A DNA stretch of 64,000 bases, taken from positions 20,876 through 84,875 of the forward strand of contig LURZ01000009.1 in NCBI GenBank assembly GCA_001629255.1, in the 5' to 3' direction. Origin of the DNA: Marine group II euryarchaeote REDSEA-S42_B7. Its GTDB lineage: Archaea > Thermoplasmatota > Poseidoniia > Poseidoniales > Thalassarchaeaceae. Positions 1-10,575 of the stretch are shown one piece after another. Made by a program: the position numbers and the translations under genes. The notes under the pieces were generated by a model. The model had not been told where the DNA came from. It was given only the letters and a program-made list of their open reading frames with translations, and made no database searches. Every line of letters begins with the position of its first letter. The stretch's first letter is position 1.

Positions 1-1260
1 GGTATCCAATGGATCCCCCCACTCGTTTACCTGTACGGTGGTGAGCAACGGGACATCGCTGAACGCGTCAGTAATCACTGTGATGTAACCATTCCATGTA
101 TCTCCACCCGAGTCACCAAGGTAAGCTAGAGCGACCTTGCCCGCACTTCCCGCGGCAATCACTGGAAACCCAGTTCCATTCAGGCCAATTGGAGGAGCTA
201 TCATGATAGGGGAGCTCCAAGTATCTCCTTCGTTCAACGAGTACGAGTAGTAGGGCATGTTATCGAAGCCCATCCAGAACGCGTGGACGTTGTCCTCTGA
301 GTCGGTGGCCACCTGGGCCTCCTCAAAGTTCCAGGTCTCTGCTGTTCCGCTAGTTTCAGTGGGAAGTGGGTGCTCTGTCCATGTTAGGCCGCCATTGGTG
401 CTTCTGTAGATCGAGTAACCCTCGCCTCCATTACAACCCCTGTTGCCTCTGTAGAAGTTCCCATTCTCGCTACCCGTGATGTGTCCAGTGAGCCCACCGC
501 TCTCGCAGTCTGAGGGTGTTCCAGGTAACTCCGGTCCCCATGTCAGGCCTCCATCGTTGCTTGCGGAGCAAACAGGGTATGGGTAGTTGCCATTGACGCA
601 GAACACCCATGTGGTTTGGTGAAAGGCAGCTGGATACGGCGAGGAGGCTATGGTTTGGTGATCCTGCACGGACCAACCCGTAGCCACAGAAGGCCCAATC
701 CAACTCTGACCCTCATTATCAGACCACTCCACCGTCATTCCCAACAAGGCGTGCATATCGAACTTCATGATCCGATCAGTCCAGGGATCGACGTAGACAT
801 AGGGGTCGTTGCTGTTTGGAACGGGCAAAAGAGCACTATAGACGTCCTCACAAGAGTACTCGCTCACACTCGACATACCAATTAGACCAGAGCACCTGAC
901 TATTGCAGTCGATCCAGCCGGCCCATTCCCCCAGCTAGTCATGTACAGGTTGTCCAGAGACGTGACTCCTATTGTAGGCTCGAATGTGGTCATTCCAATG
1001 CCGTAGTAAGTACCAATTGCGCACACAGGCGCATTGTCTCCTACTAGCACTGAGGTCCCGTTGAATAGGTCAGTGACCTTAGTAGCATCCGTGCCGTTGC
1101 CGTAGTGGTACCATGTGGTGTTGCTGATAGATCCTCCGTTATCAGCGCAGAGGGAGCCAAAGAGATCTATTTCCTCAGTCACCTCCTTCTCCTCGCCAAA
1201 ACAACCTCCTAGGGATGCCATAATCAGCAGAGAAACAATACTGAGAGCGGCTGCACGCAT
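1..1260 (-). CDS. Lipoprotein with BNR/Asp-box repeats (sialidase-like beta-propeller), 3'-truncated by the window edge
   Basis: Hand translation from ATG 1260: MRAAALSIVSLLIMASLGGC (lipobox-like), then four Asp-boxes SDNEGQSW, SNDGGLTW, STNGGLTW, SLNEGDTW. Open to position 1. Absent from the ORF track because its stop is outside the window. Confidence 0.8.
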   Translation of the reverse strand, partial: MRAAALSIVSLLIMASLGGCFGEEKEVTEEIDLFGSLCADNGGSISNTTWYHYGNGTDATKVTDLFNGTSVLVGDNAPVCAIGTYYGIGMTTFEPTIGVTSLDNLYMTSWGNGPAGSTAIVRCSGLIGMSSVSEYSCEDVYSALLPVPNSNDPYVYVDPWTDRIMKFDMHALLGMTVEWSDNEGQSWIGPSVATGWSVQDHQTIASSPYPAAFHQTTWVFCVNGNYPYPVCSASNDGGLTWGPELPGTPSDCESGGLTGHITGSENGNFYRGNRGCNGGEGYSIYRSTNGGLTWTEHPLPTETSGTAETWNFEEAQVATDSEDNVHAFWMGFDNMPYYSYSLNEGDTWSSPIMIAPPIGLNGTGFPVIAAGSAGKVALAYLGDSGGDTWNGYITVITDAFSDVPLLTTVQVNEWGDPLDT

Positions 1261-1382
1261 GCTCTACCGGCCTAGCCCTCCCTACATCAGTTAAACGGAT
1301 TGTTAGTATCCACGATATAACTGAAAAAATTGAGAACCGACAAGGGGGTTTCTTGAAATCACACCACTTGAACCGGGAAATC

Positions 1383-3839
1383 ATGAGATACCTCCCTCTT
1401 TTTCTCGTTTTACTGGTGCTCAGTGCTCCTGGATCTGTAGGAGTGATTGAACAATCACGTACAATAGATGCGACAAAGATGAGCTCAGAATTGGTATCAA
1501 TACTCGATTCTGGAGAGAAGATTGAGGCCATAGTGCAATTCTACGGTTCACCAAGCGAACTGACGTGGGATAGTGTTGAATCCACAGGCGCGGAAGTCAT
1601 CTCGAGGATGAGCGTCCTGCATGGTGCTCTAATCTCTGGAACTAACGAAGCAATCTCAGAACTCTCAACCAGGTCTTATATCAGCCACATGGAGGCAAAT
1701 GTCCCAATCGAGCATTTCTACCTGCCAGGAGATCAGGATGACTATGAATCAATGATGCACGAGACTGTAAGATGGGTAAACGCTAGTTTGGCCTGGCACA
1801 GGGCAATTATTGGAACGGACGGGGTATTGAAGACCGAAAGCGACCTCTCCCTCTCCGAGTATGACGGAAAAGGCGCTACTGCAGTCGATCTAGACACCGG
1901 GATAGACGGAGAACATCCGGATTTCGATTGCGGAGAGCCTTGGACCGGGGAGAAACTGATTTGGTCAGCAAAGTGGACGGGAGTGGCTTGGGTTGACGCT
2001 CCAAATTGCAACTCCGATACATCCAGCGGTCATGGGACCCATGTCGGGGGAACTATCGCAGGAAACGGCGATGCTTCCGGAGGTCGACGCCTCGGTACTG
2101 CGAAGGGAGCGACAATAGTTGCCCTTGGAACCGGTGATGGAGCCTCCATCTTTGCTGCGGTGGAGGGCCTGGAATGGACTTACGAACATAGCAGGCCAGG
2201 ACTAAATGACTTCAACATCCGAGTGGTGTCTAATTCTTGGGGTACTAACGGCGACTATAACCCCTCGAATGCAGTTACGGTATTGACCGATATGCTGACG
2301 TATGACAATGATGTAGCGGTAATTTTCGCAGCTTCCAACAGTGGCGGTAGTGGAGGGGAGTCAGAGAATGATCTCAGAACCAACATGTATGCAAACACTC
2401 CCTCGGCAATCTCAGTCGCTGCATTAGTACATGAGGGGAACGCAGTCACCTCCTTCTCTAGCAGAGGGTGGTCGACCCAGCAGCACACATGGCCGGATAT
2501 CGGAGCACCAGGTAGGAACATATGGGCGACGGCTCCACGGGCCACGGCGATCGACGCATCTACGAGAACCCAAGGGGACCTGTACTACATGGCAATCTCG
2601 GGAACGAGCATGGCTACACCGCACATAGGGGGGATAGCAACTCTCTTGCTGGCAGCCGCACCATCTCTAGGGGTTGCAGACTACCAAACTGAGGACCACG
2701 ATCACCTAGAGAGCTTATACTTCAACGAGACCGCAAAGGGTATCCAATTCGATGACTGGGAAGATAGGAACGAGTCGAGAGTACATGAGATCGAATTGAT
2801 TTTGGAATTGACTTCTCACTACGATCTACTCAGGAACTCTTGCGAAGAGGGTAACGACGACGATCCCTGCAATGATATCCCAGAGGAATGCTACATCTCT
2901 GAGGAGACCAATAGGTGCCATGATTGGAGGGTAGGCCACGGGTTAGTCGATACTGACAGGGCACTAGCACTATCTCGGACATTGCAAGTGATGAGGGATC
3001 CTGATGAGGATGGTTTCCTAGACTATCCTCAGGTTACGGTATGGGATGCATACAACCACTACGAGAAAATAATGGATACAAGGGAACTTCCATTGAAGAC
3101 GGATCAGCTTAGGCACGCATGGAAGGGAGAGTGGAGCCACTTCAACAATGGTCCTACCAGCACCTTCGGAACTTATGCAACAGAAGACAGGCACTACGTT
3201 TGGGTTCCGAACGGAACCTATGAGATGCAGATAGCTTTCAGCTCTCTGGATTGGGACTCCAATACTGCTCAAATTGCCCAAATCAGACCGAATGTGGACC
3301 TAGGCTCTGATGGTGATGACGATGCACAGGGGCAGGGGACCATAGTGGGCGATACCATCTACATAGCACTGGATGTCGAACCCGAGCACTGGGGCGAGTG
3401 GACTGAGTTCGACGTCACAGGAACAGCGATATCCCTCCCCGTAACTGGAATAATATCTGGTTCGGAGTTCATGGAACCTCGAGTCCCATACACTTTCGAC
3501 GTCTTACTAACTCTGGACGTATCAGAGCAGCAGACGGTGAACGTCCCACTTAGGTATGACGGATATTCTGATCTAGACCCAGCACAGCCGTCTGATCTTT
3601 ATGATCCGGACTCAGCTTTCGACCTCCTGATGGTGAGGCCCGTCTATGACGAGAGCCTGATACCCGATTACGAAGAGCAACCAGCGCTATCTGCTAAGGC
3701 CAAATCCGCTCTTTTTCCATTGGTCGTTTTCGGATCCTCTCTGATGTTACTGGCATTATTCGCGGGATTCCTGTTCTGGATGAGAGAGCTGTCAAGGCAC
3801 GAGGAAGAGAGCCTAGAACATGAGGCTCAAGACCAGTAG
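1383..3839 (+). CDS. Membrane-anchored S8 (subtilisin-like) serine peptidase
   Basis: Signal peptide MRYLPLFLVLLVLS; catalytic triad motifs DLDTG, HGTHVGGTIAG, SGTSMATPH; C-terminal TM helix. Start moved to ATG 1383. Confidence 0.93.
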   Translation: MRYLPLFLVLLVLSAPGSVGVIEQSRTIDATKMSSELVSILDSGEKIEAIVQFYGSPSELTWDSVESTGAEVISRMSVLHGALISGTNEAISELSTRSYISHMEANVPIEHFYLPGDQDDYESMMHETVRWVNASLAWHRAIIGTDGVLKTESDLSLSEYDGKGATAVDLDTGIDGEHPDFDCGEPWTGEKLIWSAKWTGVAWVDAPNCNSDTSSGHGTHVGGTIAGNGDASGGRRLGTAKGATIVALGTGDGASIFAAVEGLEWTYEHSRPGLNDFNIRVVSNSWGTNGDYNPSNAVTVLTDMLTYDNDVAVIFAASNSGGSGGESENDLRTNMYANTPSAISVAALVHEGNAVTSFSSRGWSTQQHTWPDIGAPGRNIWATAPRATAIDASTRTQGDLYYMAISGTSMATPHIGGIATLLLAAAPSLGVADYQTEDHDHLESLYFNETAKGIQFDDWEDRNESRVHEIELILELTSHYDLLRNSCEEGNDDDPCNDIPEECYISEETNRCHDWRVGHGLVDTDRALALSRTLQVMRDPDEDGFLDYPQVTVWDAYNHYEKIMDTRELPLKTDQLRHAWKGEWSHFNNGPTSTFGTYATEDRHYVWVPNGTYEMQIAFSSLDWDSNTAQIAQIRPNVDLGSDGDDDAQGQGTIVGDTIYIALDVEPEHWGEWTEFDVTGTAISLPVTGIISGSEFMEPRVPYTFDVLLTLDVSEQQTVNVPLRYDGYSDLDPAQPSDLYDPDSAFDLLMVRPVYDESLIPDYEEQPALSAKAKSALFPLVVFGSSLMLLALFAGFLFWMRELSRHEEESLEHEAQDQ

Positions 3840-3847
3840 GACAAATC

Positions 3848-4864
3848 TCACTTCCAGCCGTTCTCTAGAATGGGAGGTATGGTGTCCAGCACTGAATCCT
3901 TCGGGTTCTTCCACTTCATCCCAAGATCTCTCTGGGCCGGGGAAGCATCCCAGAACAGCCTCTTACCCAGGTGCATCCTTGCCCAGGACAGACTCACCCG
4001 CGGATGGAATATCGATACTATGAGGGATAGGAAGTATGGAATCTGCCGAGTGGGCACCCTAAGTGACGGATTTTCTGATCTTATCGCCTTGGAGATATCC
4101 TTCCACCACATCTGACCGGATACGACTAGATATCTCCCAGCATTATGTCCCCGAGTCATGGCCCTGACATGGGCCTCGGCTACGTCTCTCACGTCCACGA
4201 TGCTGATATGCATCGGTATTACGAAGGGAATCTCTCTCCTTAGCAACATCATCAGGATCGAGGGACTACCATTCAGGTGCCTCTTCGATAGAGGGGGCCC
4301 AAGAACAACGCAGGGGTTGATAGTCACCATCCTGATTGAATCCCCCTTCGATGAATGCCAGTCTCTGACTAACCTCTCAGCGCTGTATTTCGCCAGACCA
4401 TACGGATTCTCCTCAATCGTTGCGTCCTCTGCCCATGTATCCGTCGTAAGGGTCTGACCATCCTCCCATGAACTCGGTCTAATCGCAGCCGTAGAGGAGG
4501 TGTGGATTAGACACCTAACCGTTCCTGATGAATCTATTGCATCAAGCACGTTCCTGGTTCCCACCACACTCGGATCGACAATCTTCTCCTGCGCCCGCTT
4601 TGACTTTAGGACGACAACTGCCGCGGTGTGAATCACAGATTCGCAATCGGCCACGGCTTTTCGTACCGATTCAGCATCTAGAAGATCCATCTCTACGATA
4701 TCCAAGCTCCCCCCATCAGAAACAGGCAGAGATAGCAGATGATCGACCCTTTCAGGATCCGAAGAGTCTGTCACCGTCGCTCTGACCTGTGCACCTTTGG
4801 AAAGCAGGTTAGCTACTATGTGACTACCTATGAAACCACTAGCACCGGTAACCAGCACCGTCAT
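3848..4864 (-). CDS. NAD-dependent epimerase/dehydratase (extended SDR, dihydroflavonol/aldehyde reductase-like)
   Basis: VLVTGASGFIGSH Rossmann motif, TSSTAA, YGLAK catalytic YxxxK, VDVRDVAEAH. Confidence 0.9.
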   Translation of the reverse strand: MTVLVTGASGFIGSHIVANLLSKGAQVRATVTDSSDPERVDHLLSLPVSDGGSLDIVEMDLLDAESVRKAVADCESVIHTAAVVVLKSKRAQEKIVDPSVVGTRNVLDAIDSSGTVRCLIHTSSTAAIRPSSWEDGQTLTTDTWAEDATIEENPYGLAKYSAERLVRDWHSSKGDSIRMVTINPCVVLGPPLSKRHLNGSPSILMMLLRREIPFVIPMHISIVDVRDVAEAHVRAMTRGHNAGRYLVVSGQMWWKDISKAIRSENPSLRVPTRQIPYFLSLIVSIFHPRVSLSWARMHLGKRLFWDASPAQRDLGMKWKNPKDSVLDTIPPILENGWK

Positions 4865-4904
4865 AGTCCTACGAAGGGCTCTGCTGAAAAGAGACTATCG
4901 CCCA

Positions 4905-7232
4905 TCATTCTGAGCCAGATTTGCCAGACATCCAAGCGGGCGCCCACCAATTCAAGTCCCCCATCAGCCTCATTGTTGACGGGACAACTAGTGCCCTCAC
5001 TATCGTAGCATCGACAGCCACTCCCAAGGCCAACATGAACCCGAACTGCATCATGAGCGATACTGATGAGAACCCAAAGGCCGAGAACACAGTTACCATT
5101 ACGAGGGCGGCGGAAGTGATTATTCGTCCGCTCTTCTGCAGTCCTGTCGCTACGGCCAATGTGTTGTCCTCCGTTCTTTCCCATTCCTCATGGATCCTGG
5201 AGAGCATCAGCACTTCGTAGTCCATGCTAAGCCCGAACAAAATAGCAAAAATCATCACAGGAGTTGTTGGGTCTATCGGCTGGGGGGTGAAGTTGAGCAA
5301 CTCTGCTCCATTCCCTTCCTGGAAAACCCATACGAGTATTCCAAACGAGGCACTGACTGATAGTATGTTCATGATCAAAGCCTTCAGGGGCAGGATAACT
5401 GATCTCACCTGTAGGAAAATAAGTACATAGCTAGAGGTCAGAATGAACGCCAGCGCGATCGGTAGGTTCTCCTTCACAGCATCTAGAACGTCTTGGTTGT
5501 AAGCGGCAAAGCCTGCCACATTGACCTCCGAGCCACCTCCGAACTGCTCATTTTTCGCATCAAGATTCCGGATTTCCCTTACCACCTTCCTAGATGCCGC
5601 ACTGCTCTGGTCTCCTTCAATCGCAACTTGAACGAGAACTACGCCGTCCCCAACAGACGAATCAGCATAAAATCCCCTCTCCAATCTCAAGGCCTCAGCC
5701 TCTGATGGCGACAACTCGCCATCATCTGAATCGTCCCAGAATTCAACAACCTCGTCCTCGGTCCAGGTAGCGTTGAAGTGAGCGTAATTAAACACAAAAC
5801 TAGCACCTTCAATCGACAGCATTTCCTTGGAAAAAGCGTGGAGACTTCTGATATTTTCCTCTGAAAATACGTCTGTTCCTTCCTGGATTTCGTAAACAAC
5901 TAGAGCGGTATTGGAGACCTCCTGAGGCCAGTTTTCGTCCGTCAACTCCATACCGCTCCTAGCTTCATTATCGGGACTCAATGCCTTCCAAGAGGTAATG
6001 CCCCATTCGGCCTGAAGGAACGGTGCTCCCGCCACAAGCAGAATAAGCACGGAGGGGACCAGAAACGAAAGGGGCTTGCTCATAACCCTCTTAGCCAAAT
6101 CAGACCAGAAACCGTCATCCGCCACCTCTGTGCTGAGGCCCAATGGAACTCTGCCAGAGTTAATCCTGTCTCCGAGTATTGCCAATATTGATGGAAGCAG
6201 TATTACCGACGAGGTAAGAGCTACTAGAGTAGCACAAATCCCGCCCCATCCCAGTGATGGCAATCCCGTGTTCTCGAAGAATAGCATGCCGGTTAAGCCT
6301 GCGATCACTGTCAGGCCTGAGAACAGAATCGCTCTACCAGCGGTAGCGCTGGTCATCGCAATCGCAGTCCTCTTGTCATGTCCTCTCCCCAACTCCTCTC
6401 TAAATCGATTCACTATGAACAAGGAATAGTCAACGCTGAGACCGATACCCAGTAAGGATACGATATTTACAGCATAAACAGTTAGATCGTCAACAACGTA
6501 TGTGAGCCCATGAATGATACCAACCGCAGCTATAACAGTGTAGATTCCTGATAATGCCGGTAGGCTCGCCGATACAACAGTACCGAAAACAAACAACAGA
6601 ATTAGTATTGTCAGAGGGGCAGAAATCAACTCGGCCCTTAGGAGCTCCTCCTTCAGAACTAAATCGAAAGTAATGTCAATTGCTAAATTATCGGTGAGGT
6701 ACTTTTCCATACCTTGAGGAGAGCTGTTTGGCAACACAATATCCTCGTATATCTCCTTCAGTAGGATCTTCGAATCCTCTCTGTTCATATTGACCTTAAC
6801 GTAGACTCTGGACCACGAGGGATCAACACTGCTCACAAGGGAGGACCGATTTGCTTCGTTGGTCTCCCAGGGAACATCCAGATCGATATCATCGTTTGTC
6901 GAAAGTACCTCGATAGTCGACTGAATAGCGGACACTACCTCGGGGTCGTCATATGAGTGACCAGGATGGTGGAATAGTACGTGGAAAGACTCGAAGGCAG
7001 TTTCGTTAGGGTCCGAGAATCCTTCTCCCGCCGCTGACCACCCATCAACCGACTCAAGATCCCCCTCACCGTATCCTTCGATGTAGCGTGGCTCCAGTGA
7101 AATCATGTATCCGAGTCCGGCGCAGAGCAGCAAAGAGCATATCAAAACCGCTCGTGCGTAGTCGTGAACAAAGAGCCCTATCTTGTAATACAGCCTCCCT
7201 TCCAAAGCAGAAGGGTCGGTCGCTCCTTCCAC
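4905..7232 (-). CDS. MMPL/RND family transporter
   Basis: Two-repeat multi-TM architecture with GLSVDYSLFIVNRFREE and GLSMDYEVLMLSRIHEE motifs; DATIVRALVVPS. Confidence 0.92.
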   Translation of the reverse strand: MEGATDPSALEGRLYYKIGLFVHDYARAVLICSLLLCAGLGYMISLEPRYIEGYGEGDLESVDGWSAAGEGFSDPNETAFESFHVLFHHPGHSYDDPEVVSAIQSTIEVLSTNDDIDLDVPWETNEANRSSLVSSVDPSWSRVYVKVNMNREDSKILLKEIYEDIVLPNSSPQGMEKYLTDNLAIDITFDLVLKEELLRAELISAPLTILILLFVFGTVVSASLPALSGIYTVIAAVGIIHGLTYVVDDLTVYAVNIVSLLGIGLSVDYSLFIVNRFREELGRGHDKRTAIAMTSATAGRAILFSGLTVIAGLTGMLFFENTGLPSLGWGGICATLVALTSSVILLPSILAILGDRINSGRVPLGLSTEVADDGFWSDLAKRVMSKPLSFLVPSVLILLVAGAPFLQAEWGITSWKALSPDNEARSGMELTDENWPQEVSNTALVVYEIQEGTDVFSEENIRSLHAFSKEMLSIEGASFVFNYAHFNATWTEDEVVEFWDDSDDGELSPSEAEALRLERGFYADSSVGDGVVLVQVAIEGDQSSAASRKVVREIRNLDAKNEQFGGGSEVNVAGFAAYNQDVLDAVKENLPIALAFILTSSYVLIFLQVRSVILPLKALIMNILSVSASFGILVWVFQEGNGAELLNFTPQPIDPTTPVMIFAILFGLSMDYEVLMLSRIHEEWERTEDNTLAVATGLQKSGRIITSAALVMVTVFSAFGFSSVSLMMQFGFMLALGVAVDATIVRALVVPSTMRLMGDLNWWAPAWMSGKSGSE

Positions 7233-7275
7233 AAACCCCCGGCACTACTTTCGCTTATCTATTTCTGTATTGTTA

Positions 7276-8064
7276 TTAATCTAATAATTCGGCAACAGAA
7301 TCCACTACAAGAGAAGGACGCAACTCGCCTCCCTCCACGTCATCTACCGAAGCCTCCCCTGAAAGCACCAGAATACCATGAACGCCCGCTCTATCTGCCA
7401 TCTCAATGTCTGTGTACAGCCTATCCCCAACCATGCAGCATTCAGAAGGTTTCAGCCCCAAATCCTCTATCTTGTGTAGAATCATCCCTTTGTTAGGCTT
7501 ACCACAAACGTGGGCGGGACTCACTCCCGTAGTCGCCTTGAACAAGGACATGTAAGCGCCGGTGTCGGGAAGCCCCCCCCTAGGGGACGGGCAGACCATA
7601 TCTGGATGGCTTGCGACCAACTGGACACCTTCGTGAAGATGTATTGACGCAGTAGCAAGTTTCTCGTAACTAATTTCTGTATCGTACCCCAGAACCACGA
7701 ATTCGGGCCGCTCTGAAGAGGTTTCAATACCCTCCTCTTCTAACATACCGCGCATCCCTTCCGTTCCGACCAGAAAGGTGCTAGTGACTCCCTTCTTACT
7801 TAGCCATGAAATCAGGTCGTGGGTTGAAAGTAAAACCTCGTCTTTGTCAGCATCGATACCTAGGTCCCTCAGTTTCCCAAGGTATTGCTCCACAGACTTG
7901 CTTGAGTTGTTTGACAGGAAGTATCTCTTGATGCCTCTTGTTTCCAACCTTTCGAGGAAATCCAAGGCTCCATCTATCAGACTATCTCCGAGGTATATGG
8001 TGCCGTCTAGATCCAAGAATATGGCCTTAATTCCATCCAGAGACTGACTGATTTCTCCTTCCAC
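7276..8064 (-). CDS. HAD-IIA (NagD-like) phosphatase
   Basis: FLDLDGT motif I, LSNNS, GKP, GDRLYTDI. Confidence 0.92.
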   Translation of the reverse strand: MEGEISQSLDGIKAIFLDLDGTIYLGDSLIDGALDFLERLETRGIKRYFLSNNSSKSVEQYLGKLRDLGIDADKDEVLLSTHDLISWLSKKGVTSTFLVGTEGMRGMLEEEGIETSSERPEFVVLGYDTEISYEKLATASIHLHEGVQLVASHPDMVCPSPRGGLPDTGAYMSLFKATTGVSPAHVCGKPNKGMILHKIEDLGLKPSECCMVGDRLYTDIEMADRAGVHGILVLSGEASVDDVEGGELRPSLVVDSVAELLD

Positions 8065-8075
8065 GTCCCATCACA

Positions 8076-9434
8076 TCATGGCAGCAATATAGTCTTGAAT
8101 AGGAACCAGGGGCTCCAAAGGGCTTTCTGAGCCTCTTTATCTGCAATCATACCCGTCAGCATATCGCCCATCTCTTCCTTCCTAGAGGCCTTTCCAACGA
8201 ACCAATTCATCAACTTCTTCCACTTGACAACCTTCTGTAATCTGTGGGAGTTCGTCAGCTCCTTGCCAAGGGTGCTCCAAAGCTCCTCCATGTATTCAAT
8301 CGCATTCTCCTCGGGAAAACCCTCTGAGTGCTCATCCTTGTCGAAGTGCCTAGATGTCATCTTTGCAGAGACCAATCCGTTCCCTATCCCCTCACCGCTA
8401 AATGGGTCAACCAGGCTGGCTGCATCCCCAACGCACATCACACCCGCGCCCGCGTTCCTTCTGGGCTGATAGGAGGGGGGTTTTTTCCTCGGGGAGCCGA
8501 ATGGAAGTTGCCATCCCTTCTGGGATCCTTCAACTATTCTCGCATCTTTGAAACGCTCCTTGAAAACGGGATGATTCTCGATGACCCACCTCTGTTTCTT
8601 CTTCAGCGATTTGTCCATTCCTTTCTGCTTACGCTGTTCAGAGATTACCATCCCGATTCCAACGTTCACGACTCCTTCCTTCACCGGGAACAGCCAGAAG
8701 TATCCTGGAATGACCTCATCGATGAAATGAATCTCAATTGGTCCCTGACTTCCATCAAAGCCTCCGACGTCTTCCCAATACTCTCTGTAACCGCCGCAAT
8801 AGTGTTCATCATCTCTCATTGGCTCTTTGTGAATCCCCTCAACAAGCTTGGTGGCTACAGGGCACCTGTATCCCCCAGCTCCGATAGTGAGTGGGGCGAC
8901 GAAGCTAAATGTCGGAGAATCGGAAGATCTCTTTCCAAAGCTCCCGGATACTCCGACTATCGCACCATCCTCCTCCAGAACCTCCCTAACGTCGAATCCC
9001 TGAATTACAGAGCCGCCCGCTTCAATGACAATCTCAGTTGCCCTTCTGAACATCATGTAGTCGAACTGCTTCCTGGGAAGGGAGTAACCAGCCATCTTCT
9101 TCTCGAACTCGTCCTGTGGGAGCATAACCTTGACAGTGTTACCGTTTGCAGAACCGAACACTATGGAGTCAACCATGAAGTGGGGAGTTTTCTCAATCAT
9201 CTCCTTGACACCTAACTCCTTCACGTGCGAGAGCGATTTGCCGCCGACGGCATCTCCGCAGATCTTGTCCCTAGGCCACACATCTTTCTCGATTAGGAGA
9301 ACCTTGCATCCATTCAGCGCATTATAGGATGCTGCAGCGGACCCGCTAGGGCCCCCACCGACTACTATGACATCGAAGGAGCTCCCATCTTCCGGGATGC
9401 TGCCAGTGTCTATCGGACCTTCCCAATCATCCAT
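8076..9434 (-). CDS. Geranylgeranyl reductase family flavoprotein
   Basis: DVIVVGGGPSGS FAD motif, PRDKICGD, PGYFWLFP, VGDAASLVDPFSGEGI. Start moved to ATG 9434 because the longer ORF overlaps divergent cutA. Confidence 0.88.
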   Translation of the reverse strand: MDDWEGPIDTGSIPEDGSSFDVIVVGGGPSGSAAASYNALNGCKVLLIEKDVWPRDKICGDAVGGKSLSHVKELGVKEMIEKTPHFMVDSIVFGSANGNTVKVMLPQDEFEKKMAGYSLPRKQFDYMMFRRATEIVIEAGGSVIQGFDVREVLEEDGAIVGVSGSFGKRSSDSPTFSFVAPLTIGAGGYRCPVATKLVEGIHKEPMRDDEHYCGGYREYWEDVGGFDGSQGPIEIHFIDEVIPGYFWLFPVKEGVVNVGIGMVISEQRKQKGMDKSLKKKQRWVIENHPVFKERFKDARIVEGSQKGWQLPFGSPRKKPPSYQPRRNAGAGVMCVGDAASLVDPFSGEGIGNGLVSAKMTSRHFDKDEHSEGFPEENAIEYMEELWSTLGKELTNSHRLQKVVKWKKLMNWFVGKASRKEEMGDMLTGMIADKEAQKALWSPWFLFKTILLP

Positions 9435-9510
9435 ACTAGTCCCAGTGGGAGGGGCATCAACATTCAAACTATGCCATGAGGTTCTTCTGCGTTCCGTGCC
9501 ACGCACCGCT

Positions 9511-9825
9511 ATGAGCAGAACCTTGTGGATAGTCAAGACAACCCTTCCCGGTGAAATGAATGAAGCTGAAGTGGGCATGTGGTGCCAATCAATAATTGAA
9601 TCGAATTTGGCAGTCTGTGTAGATATGAAGAGAATAAACTCAGTTTTTCGATGGGAGGGAGAGATACAGAACGCCTCCGAATGGGATATCCAAATTAAGA
9701 CCCATGAATCCAGTAAAAACGGATTGATATCCAAAATAAAATCAGAACATTCCTACGACCTTCCACAGATTGTCTGGTGGTCGGTTGAGTCTACAGTAGA
9801 ATACTACAATTGGGTTCAAGGGTAA
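9511..9825 (+). CDS. cutA: Divalent-cation tolerance protein CutA
   Basis: LAVCV, SVFRWEGEI, EWDIQIKT, HSYDLPQI motifs; start at ATG 9511. Confidence 0.85.
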   Translation: MSRTLWIVKTTLPGEMNEAEVGMWCQSIIESNLAVCVDMKRINSVFRWEGEIQNASEWDIQIKTHESSKNGLISKIKSEHSYDLPQIVWWSVESTVEYYNWVQG

Positions 9826-9842
9826 CACGCTCTTCGTACTTC

Positions 9843-10517
9843 ATGGGAAAGGCTGGAACCCTAAGGCCTGCTAAGAAGGTCCCCACTGTCTGGTGGAGCT
9901 CCCCAAATCCGATGTCATTGAAGCCAAACAGATCTACAATGGCCATTCTGGTAATCGGCGAGTTCATCTTCGGACTAGGTGACTCACTTCTCATCGCAGC
10001 AGGTGTAGGGAATACGCCATGGACTGTTTTGGCGGAAGGTATAGCCGATACTACAGAAGTGTGGACAATAGGAGAGGCAACCTTTCTAGTCAGTGTTGCA
10101 GTAATGTTTCTGTGGATCCCAATAAAGGAGACTCCTGGCATTGGAACCATTCTGAATATCATCATTATAGCTCTCACGATTCATGTGATGGTACCAATAC
10201 TTCCCCAGCCGGAGAACCCCTTGGTCTCCATTCTGATGGCTTCCTTAGGGATCGTGCTCGTCGGAATAGGTAGTTGCATGTACTTGACTGCAAATCTAGG
10301 GCCAGGCCCAAGGGATGGCTGGATGACTGGACTTCAGAGAACCACTGGCATTCCGATTGGGAGAGTTAGAATTGCCATAGAAGCCTCAGTCCTGGTTATT
10401 GGCATAGTACTAGGTGGTACATTTGGAATTGGCACTATTCTCTTCGCGGTAACCATTGGCCCCGTTGTAGCATCCTGCCTGTCGATAGCCAGTAGGATTG
10501 ACTCCACTACCGGATGA
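9843..10517 (+). CDS. YczE/YyaS/YitT family membrane protein
   Basis: GVGNTPWTVL, PGIGTILN, LGPGPRDGWM, GTFGIGT signature segments; multi-TM. Confidence 0.82.
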   Translation: MGKAGTLRPAKKVPTVWWSSPNPMSLKPNRSTMAILVIGEFIFGLGDSLLIAAGVGNTPWTVLAEGIADTTEVWTIGEATFLVSVAVMFLWIPIKETPGIGTILNIIIIALTIHVMVPILPQPENPLVSILMASLGIVLVGIGSCMYLTANLGPGPRDGWMTGLQRTTGIPIGRVRIAIEASVLVIGIVLGGTFGIGTILFAVTIGPVVASCLSIASRIDSTTG

Positions 10518-10575
10518 CTACCCAAGTCAACAACCCAATCGGGAGGTTCATGGAGTATTGCAGACAGGCTTAATC

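Noticed and set aside
8328..9215. 295-aa plus-strand ORF
   Set aside because: Entirely antisense to the well-supported GGR gene and has no motifs; shadow ORF.
9435..9734. 100-aa N-terminal extension of the GGR ORF
   Set aside because: Overlaps divergent cutA; family similarity starts after ATG 9434.
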